Shown: positions 26,065 to 39,760 of the stretch, one piece after another
Numbering within the stretch: position 1 is the stretch's first letter
Layout: every line of letters begins with the position of its first letter
Assembly: GCA_002269645.1 (NCBI GenBank)
Contig: NIVC01000660.1
Span: 310,001 to 374,000 of the forward strand
DNA: 64,000 bases
From: Macrostomum lignano
Taxonomy: Eukaryota
Direction: 5' to 3'
Notes under the pieces: model-generated
What the model was told of the DNA's origin: nothing
Databases searched by the model: none
The model's input: only the letters and a program-made list of their open reading frames with translations
Position numbers and translations under genes: made by a program

Positions 26065-26950
26065 TGATTGTCTGTGCCTGGTGTCTCTGGTGTGTCTCTG
26101 GTGTGTCTCTGGTGTGTCTTTTGTGTGTCTCTGGTGTGTCTCTTGTGTGTCTCTTGTGTCTCTGGTGTGTCTCTGGTGTGTCTCTTGTGTCTCTGGTGTG
26201 TCTCTGGTGTGTCTCTTGTGTGTCTCTGGTGTGTCTCTTGTGTGTCTCTGGTGTGTCTCTGATGTGTCTCTTGTGTGTCTCTGGTGTGTCTCTGATGTGT
26301 CTCTTGTGTGTCTCTGGTGTGTCTCTGATGTGTCTCTTGTGAGTCTCTGGTGTGTCTCCGGTGTGTCTCTTGTGTCTCTGGTGTCTCTAGTGTGTCTCTG
26401 GTGTGTCTCTAGTGTGTCTATGGTGTGTCTCTGATGTGTCTCCTGTGTCTCTGGTGTGTCTCTTGTGTCTCTTGTGTGTCTATGGTGTGTCTCTAGTGTG
26501 TCTATGGTGTGTCTCTAGTGTGTCTCTGGTGTGTCTATGGTGTGTTTCTTGTGTCTCTGGTGTGTCTCTTGTGTCTCTGGTGTGTCTCTGGTGTGTCTCT
26601 AGTGTGTCTATGGTGTGTCTCTAGTGTGTCTCTGGTGTGTCTCTTGTGTCTCTGGTGTGTCTCTGGTGTGTCTCTGGTGTGTCTCTAGTGTGTCTATGGT
26701 GTGTCTCTAGTGTGTCTATGGTGTGTCTCTGGTGTGTCTCTGGTGTGTCTCTAGTGTGTCTATGGTGTGTCTCTAGTGTGTCTATGGTGTGTCTCTAGTG
26801 TGTCTCTGGTGTGTCTTAGGTGTAACTCTGGTGTCTGGTATCTCTCTGGTGTCTCTTATGTCTCTTGTGTCTGGTACTGTCTCTGGTGTTTCTGGTGTCC
26901 CTCTGGTGTCTCTTTTGTACCTCTCTGATGTGTCTCTGGTGTCTCTCTCT
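26065..26950. repeat. TG/TC-rich low-complexity tandem repeat (GTGTCTCTG[GT])n
   Basis: 9-11-bp degenerate units; explains the 'CLWCVS' ORFs. Confidence 0.95.
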
Positions 26951-27499
26951 ACACGCATATTTTTTGCTTATATAATGGCAAGCTTTTTAATAAAATATTT
27001 TCTGGATTTCGGCGAGTCGCTAATTAGTCAGTCAACTCTGTTACTGGCGCATGGCTGGCTCCGTAACGCTGGAACGCATGGAAGGCTGCCTGAAAATGAC
27101 ATTAAACCCACTGTCCTTAATATTGATGTAAAATTTCGGATGTTTTTGTCAACAAATTATTTTTTTAAACTTTTTTCTTCTGTTTACTGTATAAAAAGAT
27201 TTGCTTTTTTTCAGTCAAAAAGGATACTTGTGATCTTTAGGTATTTGTTGCCTTTTTAAAGAGGAAGCCATAATAAAAGAAAAATTATCATTTCGTGAGA
27301 ACATCGGCGCCTAAACACAAAACAAGTTATTAAAGTATAGTACATGCTGTGTACACTAAAATAGTAGCATTTAGAATAGAAGTTTTCCTGTAGAACTTTT
27401 CTAACTCTATGACCTAATTTTTCCGGGTTTTCGTGTTGCTATACTTACTTGCCGTTTCAGTGTTGGCATTCTTGATAGACACTCTTGACATATAAGCAG

Positions 27500-28775
27500 C
27501 CATCTGTCACTCTCATTTAGCATTCTGTCACTCTCATTTATTATTCTGTCAGTTTAATTTAGCATTCTCTTTCACTCTCATTTAGCCATCTTGTCACTCT
27601 TGTTTAACATTCTGTCACTCTGATTTAGGAATCTGTCACTCTCAAAGCATTTTGTCACTCTTATTTGACATTCGGTCACTCAAAGCATTCTGGCACTCTC
27701 ATTTAGCCCCCTGTCACTCTCATTTGGCATTCTGTCACTCTAATTTAGCAATCTGTCACTCTTAAAGCAATCTGTCACTCTCTAAGCATTCTGTCACTCT
27801 TATTTGGCATTCTGTCACTCAAAGCATTCTGTCCCTCCCATTTAGCCACGTGTCACTATCATTTAAAATTTTAATCATTTTTAAATTAATTTTGTCACTT
27901 TCCTCCAGTTTATTCTGTCACTCTGATTGAGTTGATTCTGTCACTCTGATTGAGTTAATTCTGTCACTCTGATTGAGTTGATTCTGTCACTCTGATTGAG
28001 TTAATCCTGTCACTCTGATTGAGTTTATTCTGTCACTCTGATTGAGTTAATTCTGTCACTCTGATTGAGTTAATCCTGTCACTCTGATTGAGTTAATCCT
28101 GTCACTCTGATTGAGTTGATTCTGTCACTCTGATTGAGTTGATTCTGTCACTCTGATTGAGTTAATCCTGTCACTCTGATTGAGTTAATCCTGTCACTCT
28201 GATTGAGTTGATTCTGTCACTCTGATTGAGTTAATTCTGTCACTCTGATTGAGTTGATTCTGTCACTCTGATTGAGTTGATTCTGTCACTCTGATTGAGT
28301 TAATTCTGTCCCTCTGATTGAGTTGATTCTGTCACTCTGATTGGGTTAATTCTGTCACTCTGATTGAGCTGATTCTGTCACTCTGATTGGGTTAATTCTG
28401 TCACTCTGATTGAGCTGATTCTGTCACTCTGATTGAGTTGATTCTGTCACTCTGATTGAGTTAATTCTGTCACTCTGATTGAGCTGATTCTGTCACTCTG
28501 ATTGAGCTGATTCTGTCACTGTGATTGAGCTGATTCTGTCACTCTGATTGAGCTGATTCTGTCACTCTGATTGAGCTGATTCTGTCACTCTGATTGAGCT
28601 GATTCTGTCACTCTGATTGAGCTGATTCTGTCACTCTGATTGAGCTGATTCTGTCACTCTGATTGAGCTGATTCTGTCACTCTGATTGAGCTGATTCTGT
28701 CACTCTGATTGAGCTGATTCTGTCACTCTGATTGAGCTGATTCTGTCACTGTGATTCAGTTGATTCTGTCACTCA
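27500..28775. repeat. 23-bp minisatellite (CTGTCACTCTGATTGAGYTGATT) between convergent gene ends
   Basis: Degenerate at the left, homogeneous from 27915 to 28760. Confidence 0.95.
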
Positions 28776-29472
28776 TTAAACTATTTGTTGTCTGTCTTCT
28801 GAACCAGATTGCTCACAAACTAAAACTAAAACTAAAACTAAGACAATATTATAAAAGACAATTTATCTGGCAAAGAAGTTTCATGTTTGCTGTTTCACTT
28901 GCCCTGTTGCTAGGGTACAGTAATTATCTGATCAGTAATCAATAAAAAGACAAACAACCTTCAAAATCACAGTCACAGACGATCATGAAAAAGTGAGCAG
29001 GAAAGATCAACTTAATAAAATTATTAATTAATAGTTTAATATTAGTAACGCCATTGACTTTAGGTTAGCATTTGCGAAGCGAAGAGACAGCGGTGTACTT
29101 CATGCCACAAAATTCTCACTCTCGTAGAAATTCTTACAAATTCACACTAGATTTCGCCTAAACAATTCTATCCAACAACTAGCTATAGCACTACTATTAG
29201 TAAACCCATCTTTTCAGATGATTATTTAAAGACTATTCTTATGTCACCAGATTTGTTTAACATTAGCCGCCATTTGAAGGCAAAACATTTAAATAATGCA
29301 CAGAAGCATTTATAGACGTAAAGCATATTTTTGTCACAAATAATTTTTTTAGTTTGTAACGAAAGTTTATCGAAAAAAGAATAAAACACAACACAGAGAA
29401 AGTAGTTCAGTTCTTGTTTAGAAAAGTTTTTGCTGAGTGAGTTTTTTTTAGTTTACTCCAGCTTAGCTCAGT

Positions 29473-32400
29473 TCAGTTCTTCGACTTCCTGCAGAATGGG
29501 CAGCAGCCGCGCTGGACAAACGTGAACTCAAAGTCGTCTGTGCTGAAGATCTGCGATTGTCATAAAATATCTTTTAAATTCTTTGTAATTTAATTACTTT
29601 ACTCTCTACCCCTCCAATGTACACACAGCGCACTGATTCAACTCTCTACCCCTCCAATGTACACACAGCGCACTGATTCAGCTCTCTACCCCTCCAATGC
29701 ACACACAGCGCACTAATTAAACTCTCTACCCCTCCAATGTACACACAGCGCACTGATTCAACTCTCTACCCCTCCAATGTACACACAGCGCACTGATTCA
29801 ACTCTCTACCCCTCCAATGTACACACAGCGCACTGATTCAGCTCTCTACCCCTCCAATGCACACACAGCGCACTAATTAAACTCTCTACCCCTCCAATGT
29901 ACACACAGCGCACTAATTAAACTTTCTACCCCCCCCCCCCAATGTACACACAGCGCACTTATTCAACCCTCAAAAGCGGCTTCACCTTGTTGCACGAGTG
30001 GCACACGCTGGTACTGTAGTCTGGCAGCATCGACTTGAAGTACTGGCAGCGCATCGGGGTGGGCCATTTCAGTACCACAACTTCGTTGCTAGGAATGGAT
30101 TTAAGCGTCTCCCTGTCCACGTAGACTCGGGAAAACTCGTCCGAATCCGGGTCAAAGTTCATCAGCCGCCGGGTGAACGGATCGTCGCCGTTGTCGCCGC
30201 CGTTGCCGTTCATCATCATCTCGTCGAAGCCTTCGTCGAGTCGCAGCGACTGGTACTGGCTGGAGGCGGTCTCCGTGCCTCGGCGCTCTTTCGGTCCTTG
30301 CTGCTGCTGCTTGGACTTCGGCGCCGGGTCGTATTCGATCAGCTCCATGGCCTCGTCGTCCGTGATGTCGCGTTCGAGAAAGAATTCCACGAGTGGCAGA
30401 GCGTCTGGCGGAGAGGAATGTGAGAATATGTACGTCTGAGCCTAGCGATGTGCCCTTGAAGATGGTTGATGTGACCGTTTCAAGCAGACCAATGTGACCA
30501 CCCCCCAACCAGAACAATTTGATCCCCCAATCAGACCAATGTGACCCCCTTCCCAACCAGACCAATGTGACCCCCCAATCATACCAATGTGACCCCCCAA
30601 TCATACCAATGTGACCCCCCAATCAGACCAATGTGACCCCCTTCCCAACCAGACCAATGTGACCCCCCAATCATACCAATGTGACCCCCCAATCAGACCA
30701 ATGTGACCCCCAACCAGACCAATATGTGACCTCCCAACCAAGCCTATGTCACCCCCCCCACAAAACCAGACCAATGTGATCCCCCTAACCGGATCAATTT
30801 GACCCCCAACCAGACCAATGCGACCCCCAATCAGACCAATGTGAGCCCCCAAACAGATCAATGTGACTCCCTCCCAAACCAGACCAATGTGATCGACCCC
30901 CCCCCCCCCTAACCAGACTAATGTGAGCCCCCCTAATTAAAACAATGTGACTCCACTAACCAGATCCAGATCAATGTGACCCCCCAACCAGACCAATGTG
31001 ACCCCCCAACCAGATCAATGTGACCCCCCAACCAGACCAATGTGACCCCCCAACCAGACCAATGTGACCCCCCAACCAGACCAATGTGACCCCCCAACCA
31101 GACCAATGTGACCCCCCAATCACACGGACGTGACCAGCTCAAAAAACCTGTCTACACGATCAAGCTGCTAATACTAATTTTATGCACGTACATGTACAAG
31201 TTTTCAACAATAAACCAGAATCGCCGGCTCACCGAACGACACGAACGAAAAAATGAACGGCTGCTTGCATCGAACGCAACGATTCCCGGCGGCATTGAGC
31301 ATCGGATTGGTTGTGGTGCAGCGAAAGCAGTAGGGCAGCAGATCCTGGGGGAGGAGTTACAACTATTTTTTATCGATTTTCAAGCCTTGGAGAATTGAAA
31401 TTGTGGGAGACAATCGGTTGGCAGGCATAAAAGTAAGACCGACAGATTTGGTGTGCCAGACCAAAGGAGTCGGGGTGTCAGACCGAGAGATTTGGTGTGC
31501 CAGACCAAAGGATTCGGGGTGTCAGACCGAGAAGATTCGGGGTGTCAGACTGAAGAGATCCAGGATGTCAGACTGAAGAGATTCGGGATGTCAGACTGAA
31601 GAGACTCGGGATGTCAGACTGAAGAGATTCGGGATGTCAGACTAAAGAGACTCGGGATGTCAGACTGAAGAGACTCGGGATGTCAGACTGAAGAGACTCG
31701 GGATGTCAGACTGAAGAGACTCGGGATGTCAGACTGAAGAGACTCGGGATGTCAGACTTAAGAGACTCGGGATGTCAGACTTAAGAGACTCTGGATGTCA
31801 GACTTAAGAGATTTGGGATGTCAGACAAAAGGACTCGGGAAGTCAAACTGAAGGATTCGGGATGTCAGACTGAAGAGACTCGGGATGTCAGACTGAAGAG
31901 ACTCGGGATGTCAGACTGAAGGATTCGGGATGTCAGACTGAAGAGACTCGGGATGTCAGACTGAAGAGACTTGGGATGTCAGACCAAAGGATTCGGGATG
32001 TCAGACCAAAGGATTCGGGATGTCAGACCAAAGGATTCGGGATGTCAGACCGAGAGAACCCTAGAAGCCCGGGGTGTCAGTCCGCAGGACGCCAAAGCGG
32101 CTCTCATCACCTCGACATCGTGAAACGGTTTTGACCGCACTCGCAGGCTGTTGAGCTCCACAGTCTCCTGGATGTGAGCCGGCACTTTGAAAGCCTGCAG
32201 TTTCTCGTAGGCGTGCCTGGCCAGTTTGAAGGCCTTGAGATCCAGGGCCTGCTTGGCCATTGTGTAGTACAAGGCCATCTTGGACACGCCTGGAGGCAGC
32301 TCAGTGCCTTTGCGGCTCAGCTTGTGCACCTGGACGGTTGGTTTAACGACTAATCGTTGTTAAGTGCACCCTGGCTGTACTGAAAAATTATATTCATCAC

Positions 32401-35400
32401 TAAAGTGCAATGATGACTCGTCATCGCTATGCTTTTTTATAATGCAAACGAATGGCGTATTGACAAAGTATAAAAATGGCTTACTCTAAAGTACAAACGA
32501 TGACTCAATCGCTAAAGTACAAATCGTGAACTTTGAAGTACAAACGATGACTCATTGCTAAAGTAAAAATTATAAACCTAAAGTACAGATGATGACTCAT
32601 CGCTAAAGTAAAAAAGTGACTCATCGAAAAAGTACAAGTGATGACTCATCTAAAAAGTACAATCGATGACTCATCGCTTAAAGTACAACGCATCTCACCA
32701 AGTATCTGGCAGTGTTGAGCAGATTCTCCGGCTGCCCCCTGAGAAACGGCTCCTCCATGAAGTGCTGCACAGACTGATAGGCATAGTAGGTGTCCGCTTT
32801 GTTGCGGAACTCGGCAAATCTAGTCAGCATGTCGTCTTGCTGAACTGGGTCGGAGCCAGCGATTTCGAGGCACTGCATCGACAGCTTCCAGTAGTAGTAG
32901 CCCGCGTCAGCGAATCTGCGCTCGTGCACCGCGTTCTCAGTCAGCACCTGCGGGTTGGTCGGGACCGGTCGGTGGTGCACGTCTTTGTCTAGTGGTTATT
33001 CATCACCAAGATCAAGAATCCAAGAATCCCTCCAAGAATAGCTCTCTACCCCTCCTCCTAAGAATCGCCCTCAACCCCTCCCCCCAAAAATCGCCCTCTA
33101 CCCCCAAATCGTCCTCTAACCACCTCAAGAACCGCCCTATACCCCTCCCCCCAAGAATCGCCCCCCCCCCTAAGAATCACCTCCACCCCCAAAGAATCGC
33201 CCCCTAAGAATCGCCCCCTAAGAATCGCCCCCCAACAATCGCCTCCCAAGAATCGCCCCTATCACGCACTTGCAGCACTCGAACAGCCTCCTTCTCCAGC
33301 CCAGCCTGGTGAAACGCGGCCTGAGCCTCCTCGAATCGATCATTTTCAGCCAGAAACTTGGCGTAGGGCCTGTAAACCAACGGTTTGTATTCCGGATGCT
33401 TCTCTGCGATCTGAAACGCGTCCTCCCAGTGCCTGGCCTCCACGTGCAGCTCCAGAACTTTCTGAGTCTCGCCAATTTTATAATAGCACTCGGCCGCGAA
33501 GGCGAACTGGCCGAATTGGCGAAGATATTCCGCGCATTTCGTCACGTACCTCACGTCCGCTTTGTCCATTTTTCTGGCTACGTCGATTAGCCTAGGTTGA
33601 TACAGAGTTTGGCGCAGATTCGACGCTTATAGATTGGCGCTATATTTGACAATTTTATAGATTGGCGCTATATTTGACACTTTTAGATTGGCGCTATATT
33701 TGACAATTTTATAGATTGGCGCTATATTTGACAATTTTATAGATTGGCGCTATATTTGACAGTTTTATAGATTGGCGCTATATTTGACAATTTTATAGAT
33801 TGGCGCTATATTTGACACTTATAGATTGGCGCTATATTTGACAATTTTATAGATTGGCGCTATATTTGACATTTTTGATTGGCGCCATATTTGACACTTG
33901 GAGATTGGCGCTATATTTGACACTTTTGATTGGCGCTATTTTTTGACACTATAGATTGGCGCTAAATTTGACACTTAGTTCTTACATTTCAGTCCAGCCG
34001 TGCTTGCCCATCATCTCGATGGCCTTGTCGTACTCCCCGGCCGTCATGTACATCTCGGCGGCCGACTTTGGATTGTTCTGATCGCGGGCCCAGTCAGCCT
34101 GTTTGGCCATAAGAGTCTTCTGCTCCTCCGGGTGACTGTCCGCCATGTAGTCCTTGGCCTGGTCGAACATCTTCAAGTCCGTGTACATGTTCATCGCTCT
34201 GTGCTCTTGGCCGGCCTCTTTGTACTTTTTGGCAGCCTCGGCAAATTTGCCCATGTAGGCGTAGATGTCGCCGAGGAACACCCGGCTGTCTGACTCGCCA
34301 CGGCGTTGCCGCTCCTGCCGGATTAGCAGCCCCATGGGATTAGCATAGCGTCCATTGTCACTCTGGTCTCCTTATTTCCATTGTCACTCTGGTCTCCCCA
34401 TGTCCATTGTCACTCTGGTCTCCCCATGTTCATTGTCACTCTGGTCTCTCCATGTCCATTGTCACTCTGGTCTCCCCATGTTCATTGTCACCCTGGTCTC
34501 CCCATGTTCATTGTCACTCTGGTCTCCCCATGTTCATTGTCACTCTGGTCTCCCCATGTTCATTGTCACCCTGGTCTCCCCATATTTTTATCACCCTGTT
34601 AAATTTATAGTTGTCACTCTTTCTTTACAACTAAAAGTTGTCACTCTCTACAAGTCACAGTTGTCACTCCCTAAAACTCATAGTTGTCACTCTCTACAAG
34701 TCACAGTTGTAACTGTCAATCAACTTGATACACAGTCCTCTCCCTTCAGCTCACCTTAATCTGGTAGATCAGCTGCAGGAACTTGATGTCTTTAAGCCGA
34801 GCATACGCCAGGAACGCGATATCCAGCCTCATCTCCATCAAAGCGCTGGTTGCCAAGGCCTGCCAGTCGCTATCGGTGACACCCAGACAGGCCACCTGAT
34901 AGGCCTCTTTAAGCTGCTTCTTCTCCAAGTATTGATACATCGGCGCATTCTGCGGCACATCGACGCACGACATGGCGTAGACGTTCAGGCAGAAGATTTT
35001 CGAACCGGTGAAGCCGACAACAAAACCCTGCATGTTCTGCTGGTGCACCGGGAAATTCGACGCCTTAATGTTTAAAGTTCCGTTGCCGGAGAAGCAGAGC
35101 ATGTCAGAGTTGATGCTGTTCCAGGCTACGCTCGTGGCGTTGGGCTCCTGATAGAGCAGGTCCTTGGTCTTCAGGTCGTACACTAGCAGAGTCTGGTGCT
35201 CGTCAATCACTGCTAGACGGTCTCGGGTGCAGTTGATGTCGAGACACCTGACCGAGCTGGCCTGCTTCAACAGCTGCACAGGGAACGGATTATCCAAGAA
35301 TATGCTCACGATCTGTCCGTTCTTCATGCCGATTAAGAGGCCTTCTTTGTTTGGCGAGCCGCCGAGTACTTTTGTGTAGCGAATTGGCGAGTCGAGCATC

Positions 35401-38400
35401 CACTCGCGTTCTTTGATGCCGCGGAAGTTGTAGCATTGCAGACGGCGCTCCTGCCAGGTTCGGGTTCAACATGGTGTTTGATGAGTCAGCGGGGTTGGGA
35501 CTGGAGGTGTCAGGTGAGTCAGTAGGATATTGGGACTGGAGGTGTCGGGTGAGTCAGTAGGATATTGGGACTGGAGGTGTCAGGTGAGTCAGTAGGATAT
35601 TGGGACTGGAGGTGTCGGGTGAGTCAGTAGGGTTGGGACTGGAGGTGTCAGGTGAGTCAGTAGGATATTGGGACTTGAGGTGTCAGGTGAGGCAGTGAGA
35701 TTGGGACTGGAGGTTTCAGGTGAGTCAGTAGGATATTGGGACTGGAGGTGTCAGGTGAGTCAGTGAGATTGGGACTGGAGGTGTCAGGTGAGTCAGTAGG
35801 GTTGGGACTGGAGGTGTCAGGTGAGTCAGTAGGGTCGTCACTGTGTGTCGTAATTCGATTAAAAGCCATTCAATTTACCTGGCAAACCATCAGGTGATTC
35901 GTGGCCACCACAAGCAGATTGCATTCGATCGCTTTGTTAATCCGCTCCTTAATCCGATAGTGCATATCGTTAGGATCGTCTGACTGCAACTCGTAGATAA
36001 TGATGACCTCGGTGAGCTGCACTGCCAGGCGGTTCTTGTACACCGCGATCTTCTTCACCATGTCTCGATTCTTGATGCGCACTGCAAGCAATTTTGGCAT
36101 TCCAAACTGGCCGGTTTGAGTTCCAATCTCACTGACTCACCTGACACCCTCCCCTGACACCCTCCAGTGTCAGGTGAGTCAGTCCCAATCAGTCCCGATA
36201 TCCTCCAGTCCCAATATCCTACTGACTCACGTGACACCTCCAGTCCCAATATCCTACTGACTCACCTGACATCTCCAGTCCCAACCTTACTGATTCACCT
36301 GACACCTACAGTCTCAATATCCTACTGACTCACTTGACACCTCCAGTCCTAATATCCTACTGACTCACGTGACACCTCCAGTCCCAATATCACTGACTCA
36401 CCTGACACCTCCAGTCCCAATATACCATACTGACTCACCTGACACCTCCAGTTCCAACCCTACTGACTCATCTGACACCTCAGTCCCAATATCACTGACT
36501 CACCTGACACCTCCAGTCCCAACCCTACAGGCTTATCTGACACCCCAGTCTCAATTGAAGCACCATAACTACCTACTTTATTTGAGAATGGACAAGCAAG
36601 CACTCAGTTTTCCATCTCTCTTTTACGACTCGAATTCAAATGAACGAATGAACTGACATGCTCACCTTTATCTTCGGACAGCAAGTGCTGCACAATGACG
36701 TCGGTCATATTGTCCCTATAGGCGTAGCGAGTCTTGTACAGACTGTGCACAGTGCTGAATTGCAACTGGTACATTGCCACTGTGCCGTCTTGACAGCCAA
36801 TCACAACACCGTTGCCACCCGGCTGACTGCGAGCGGCCCAAATCCAAGAATCCGACTTAGCAACCAAACCCAGCTTAGTTCCGTCTTTAGTGTACAAGTT
36901 GCACTCGTGATTTGAGCCGGAAATTAAAACAAAATCTCCGGTGTGAAACCAGCTGATGCAGGCTGGATCGTAGTTCACAGCCTTCTCTGTTACCTGAACA
37001 TGTTGGATAAGTTTATTCTTGATTAATGTTCAATATAGGCAACTCTGGTTGAGAACATCTGCGCTAGAAAAATGCACATGATGCAGATAGGTGGGGGGGG
37101 GGCTAATACTGCTAGTCCATATACTAAGTCTTTTTGTGTTAAAAATGAAAAAAATACTTCTATATCTCGTCTATTTATGCGCTCTTACAAAGTTCTTATG
37201 TGGAGAATCAACGAGCTTATTCTTAAATACGAACAATTGGCTATTAAAAAAATATTTCTCAAAGAGCTATTGAGAGGCGATTTCTTCTTACCGACTTCTC
37301 CAGCAAACGATAAAAAGCCACTTTCTGGCCCCAGTCTGCAGCGGCTAGAGTGTACAGCTTATCGTCTCTGTAAAATTTTTAATTTGTTTAAATGAGCAAA
37401 TTAAAACATTTGCACTTACACTGTTGCTTTTTAACGGTATTATTTGTCACAAAAACCCAGATAAACAAATATACGAACGTAATAATAAAGAAGGCTCACT
37501 TTGACGGGCACCATTCCAGAGACCAGACTGGGCTCAGGGCGCCGCCAGGTCGTTCAAACTTGCGCTTCTCCTCTCCGGTCTGTGGTGGGGGCAGAGATAG
37601 CGAAATAGGCTGGGAATTGCTTCAGTTTCAGTTGCAGACAGGGGGGTAAGAGGAGAAATGAATGAGCAGGGGGAGGGACAGTGGCACGGAGAGATGGGAC
37701 GGTATATGAGGACAGAAGGTGGACACCGGTTATAGGGGGGTCGCGTGAAGGATAATAGAGGCATGGGAACAGGACAGAACAGGAGACAGGGGAGGACAAA
37801 TAGGTGGATAGCAAGCTGGGAGGTATGGAGGCCAACAGGGGAGACATGGGAGGGCAGATACAAAGACAGAGATGACTCGGGTGGACACTGGGAAAGCCAC
37901 AGTAGTTGGGACACTATGCAGGGGACAAATTAATTTTCATTAGTGTTTCTAATAATATAAAACTGGCAAGACGTTTGCTAAAAGATAGTTAAGGGGGGGG
38001 TTCTTAGAAAAATACAACTAGCACGCACCATCACTTTTGGTAATTTTGGTAGCAATAATTGGCAGAGATTTGGACAATTTAATAGCAACGAATGTACTAC
38101 TCCAAACAAAAAACATCGATATGAACTGCCTCACCTTGCTCCTAATGCTGATGACACCGTTGTACAATCCTATAGCAAGGTACTGCCCATCCTTAGTCCA
38201 GCTGCAGCAGGTAACTCTGGCAGCTACTTTGCTTTTATTAACAGATTTTTGTTCCGTCGACCAGAGACCGAAGTCGGAGCAGGCGCAGGAGGCCAACTGG
38301 CCGCTAAGGGGATTGAATGCCAGGCACTGGATGCTATCGTTGTGCCTGCAAGAAAGAGTTTGGTACTAGTGATGATAGTTTAAGCAAAATCAGGATCATT

Positions 38401-38953
38401 ATATTTATATATGCAAATGGAATCAAAGAACTCACGAGTATTTCAAAATTCCTTCCAACTTCGGCTTGGTTGCCCAAATTATAACCATCTTGTCTGCAGA
38501 ACCGCTGGCAAAGCGTTTGCCATCCTTGGCGTAAGTCACGCAATAAACTGCGTCCTTGTGACCTTTCAGGGCCTGAATAAGTGCTCCGTCTTCGGCGTTG
38601 TATACAAGCACCCTGCTTCCTGCAGCGGCCACAATCTGCATTCCGTCAGGACTGAAGCAGAGGTCCCAGATACTAAAAAGCACATGAAAGGCAACGCAGA
38701 CTCATGAGTTATTCACCAGAGTTGAATAAAAAAATCAAATAAAGCCTCGACTTCAGCCTAATTTTTTGTTAAAAAATAATATTTTTGTTAAGTGTTGTCA
38801 GATAAAGTAGATGTAGCCGTATAATTAAAAAATGTAGCTAAAAGGGAAATGTCTACTAACAGTTATCAAACTGAAAATGAAGAAACGCACGTACCATTGG
38901 TCATTCTTGTCGCGATCGACAACTTTATCTACCCATAGAGATTCTGATTTCAT
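29473..38953 (-). CDS. IFT122: Intraflagellar transport protein 122 (IFT-A core; WD40 + TPR-like + C-terminal Cys knuckles), about 1205 aa
   Basis: 15 exons: 38953-38895, 38672-38436, 38345-38135, 37579-37500, 37367-37292, 36993-36666, 36081-35879, 35450-34755, 34314-33986, 33591-33270, 32947-32699, 32329-32111, 31344-31233, 30404-29986, 29550-29473 (3618 nt, frame intact). Diagnostic peptides: [91 protein letters not shown]...NP.LN, CCPFCR. Confidence 0.98.
29600..36520. repeat. Nine distinct minisatellites, one per intron, in IFT122 introns 6-14
   Basis: 29600-29960 (40 bp), 30485-31122 (ACCAATGTGACCCCCCA-type), 31440-32065 (23 bp), 32400-32685 (degenerate GATGACTCATCGCTAAAGTAC), 33010-33260 (AAGAATCGCCCCC), 33625-33975 (28 bp), 34355-34715 (26 bp), 35490-35835 and 36130-36520 (35 bp, mutually inverted). 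Confidence 0.95.
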
Positions 38954-39470
38954 TGATAATCCTTTTATCTAAGCACTCACGAAAAATTATAGTCTATAGT
39001 TTAGCGGCCTCAACTGATGGTAAAATGTCACATATTTCTTTGACGAATTAGTGCTGTTGTTAGTGTAAAGGCTTTTAATTGCCAAAAAATCCAATTTTTT
39101 TCAACTTTTTACTGTTTATTTATTTTAAAAATCTTAAAATGCCACCGCTTTTTGCGGCTTTAGAAAACATTTTATACAACTTTTGTTAAAACTGATAATA
39201 TTTTTAAAAACACTCCTTGTTGGTCTTCAAAGAAATTATCTATCGATAGCAATATAAATGTGAGAGTTGCAAACTCTAATATGACTAGTGCGAGTGACGC
39301 GCGGCCAGGGAGTTGCCGGCTAGGCACTCCCTCGGCATACTTAACAACGAACTAATATGACTAGTGCAAGTGCGATTTATTGCTCACATAATAATTTCTA
39401 AAAAGTCGCTTGTTGAAAGAAGTAACAAACAATTCAGTGTTAGCTGTTAGGCCTAGTTAAGTAAGTCATT
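38954..39470. promoter_or_regulatory. Candidate divergent promoter region for IFT122 (-) and IRE1 (+)
   Basis: Lies immediately upstream of the IFT122 ATG. It has a CpG-containing patch at 39290-39340 and a donor-like AA|GTAAGT at about 39461 that could end a non-coding IRE1 first exon. Positional inference only. Confidence 0.4.
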
Positions 39471-39760
39471 TGCTATCAGTACCCCAATAGGCAGTCGCAG
39501 CCTCGCAGGTTATGCCCTTGTCCCAAGATTGATCTATGCATTTGCAACTCTAATTAAAAGTTGTTTTTTAGAATTTTTTTTTCGTTACATGGGAGTCTGT
39601 GGGTTGGGTATGAGATCTGAGCCTATATCTGTCTTAAATGTGTTTTTTTTAATTATGGCTTTTGCATAGGCCTATGGCTATGCTGTTGCTTATTGCTATT
39701 TTGAAGTTTTTATGCTTCATAAATCATAATCAAGGATCCTTGATCATCCTTGATCATTTT

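Noticed and set aside
23842-28775. Regular repeats as possible CRISPR arrays
   Set aside because: Units are head-to-tail with no unique spacers, there are no cas genes, and the context is eukaryotic.
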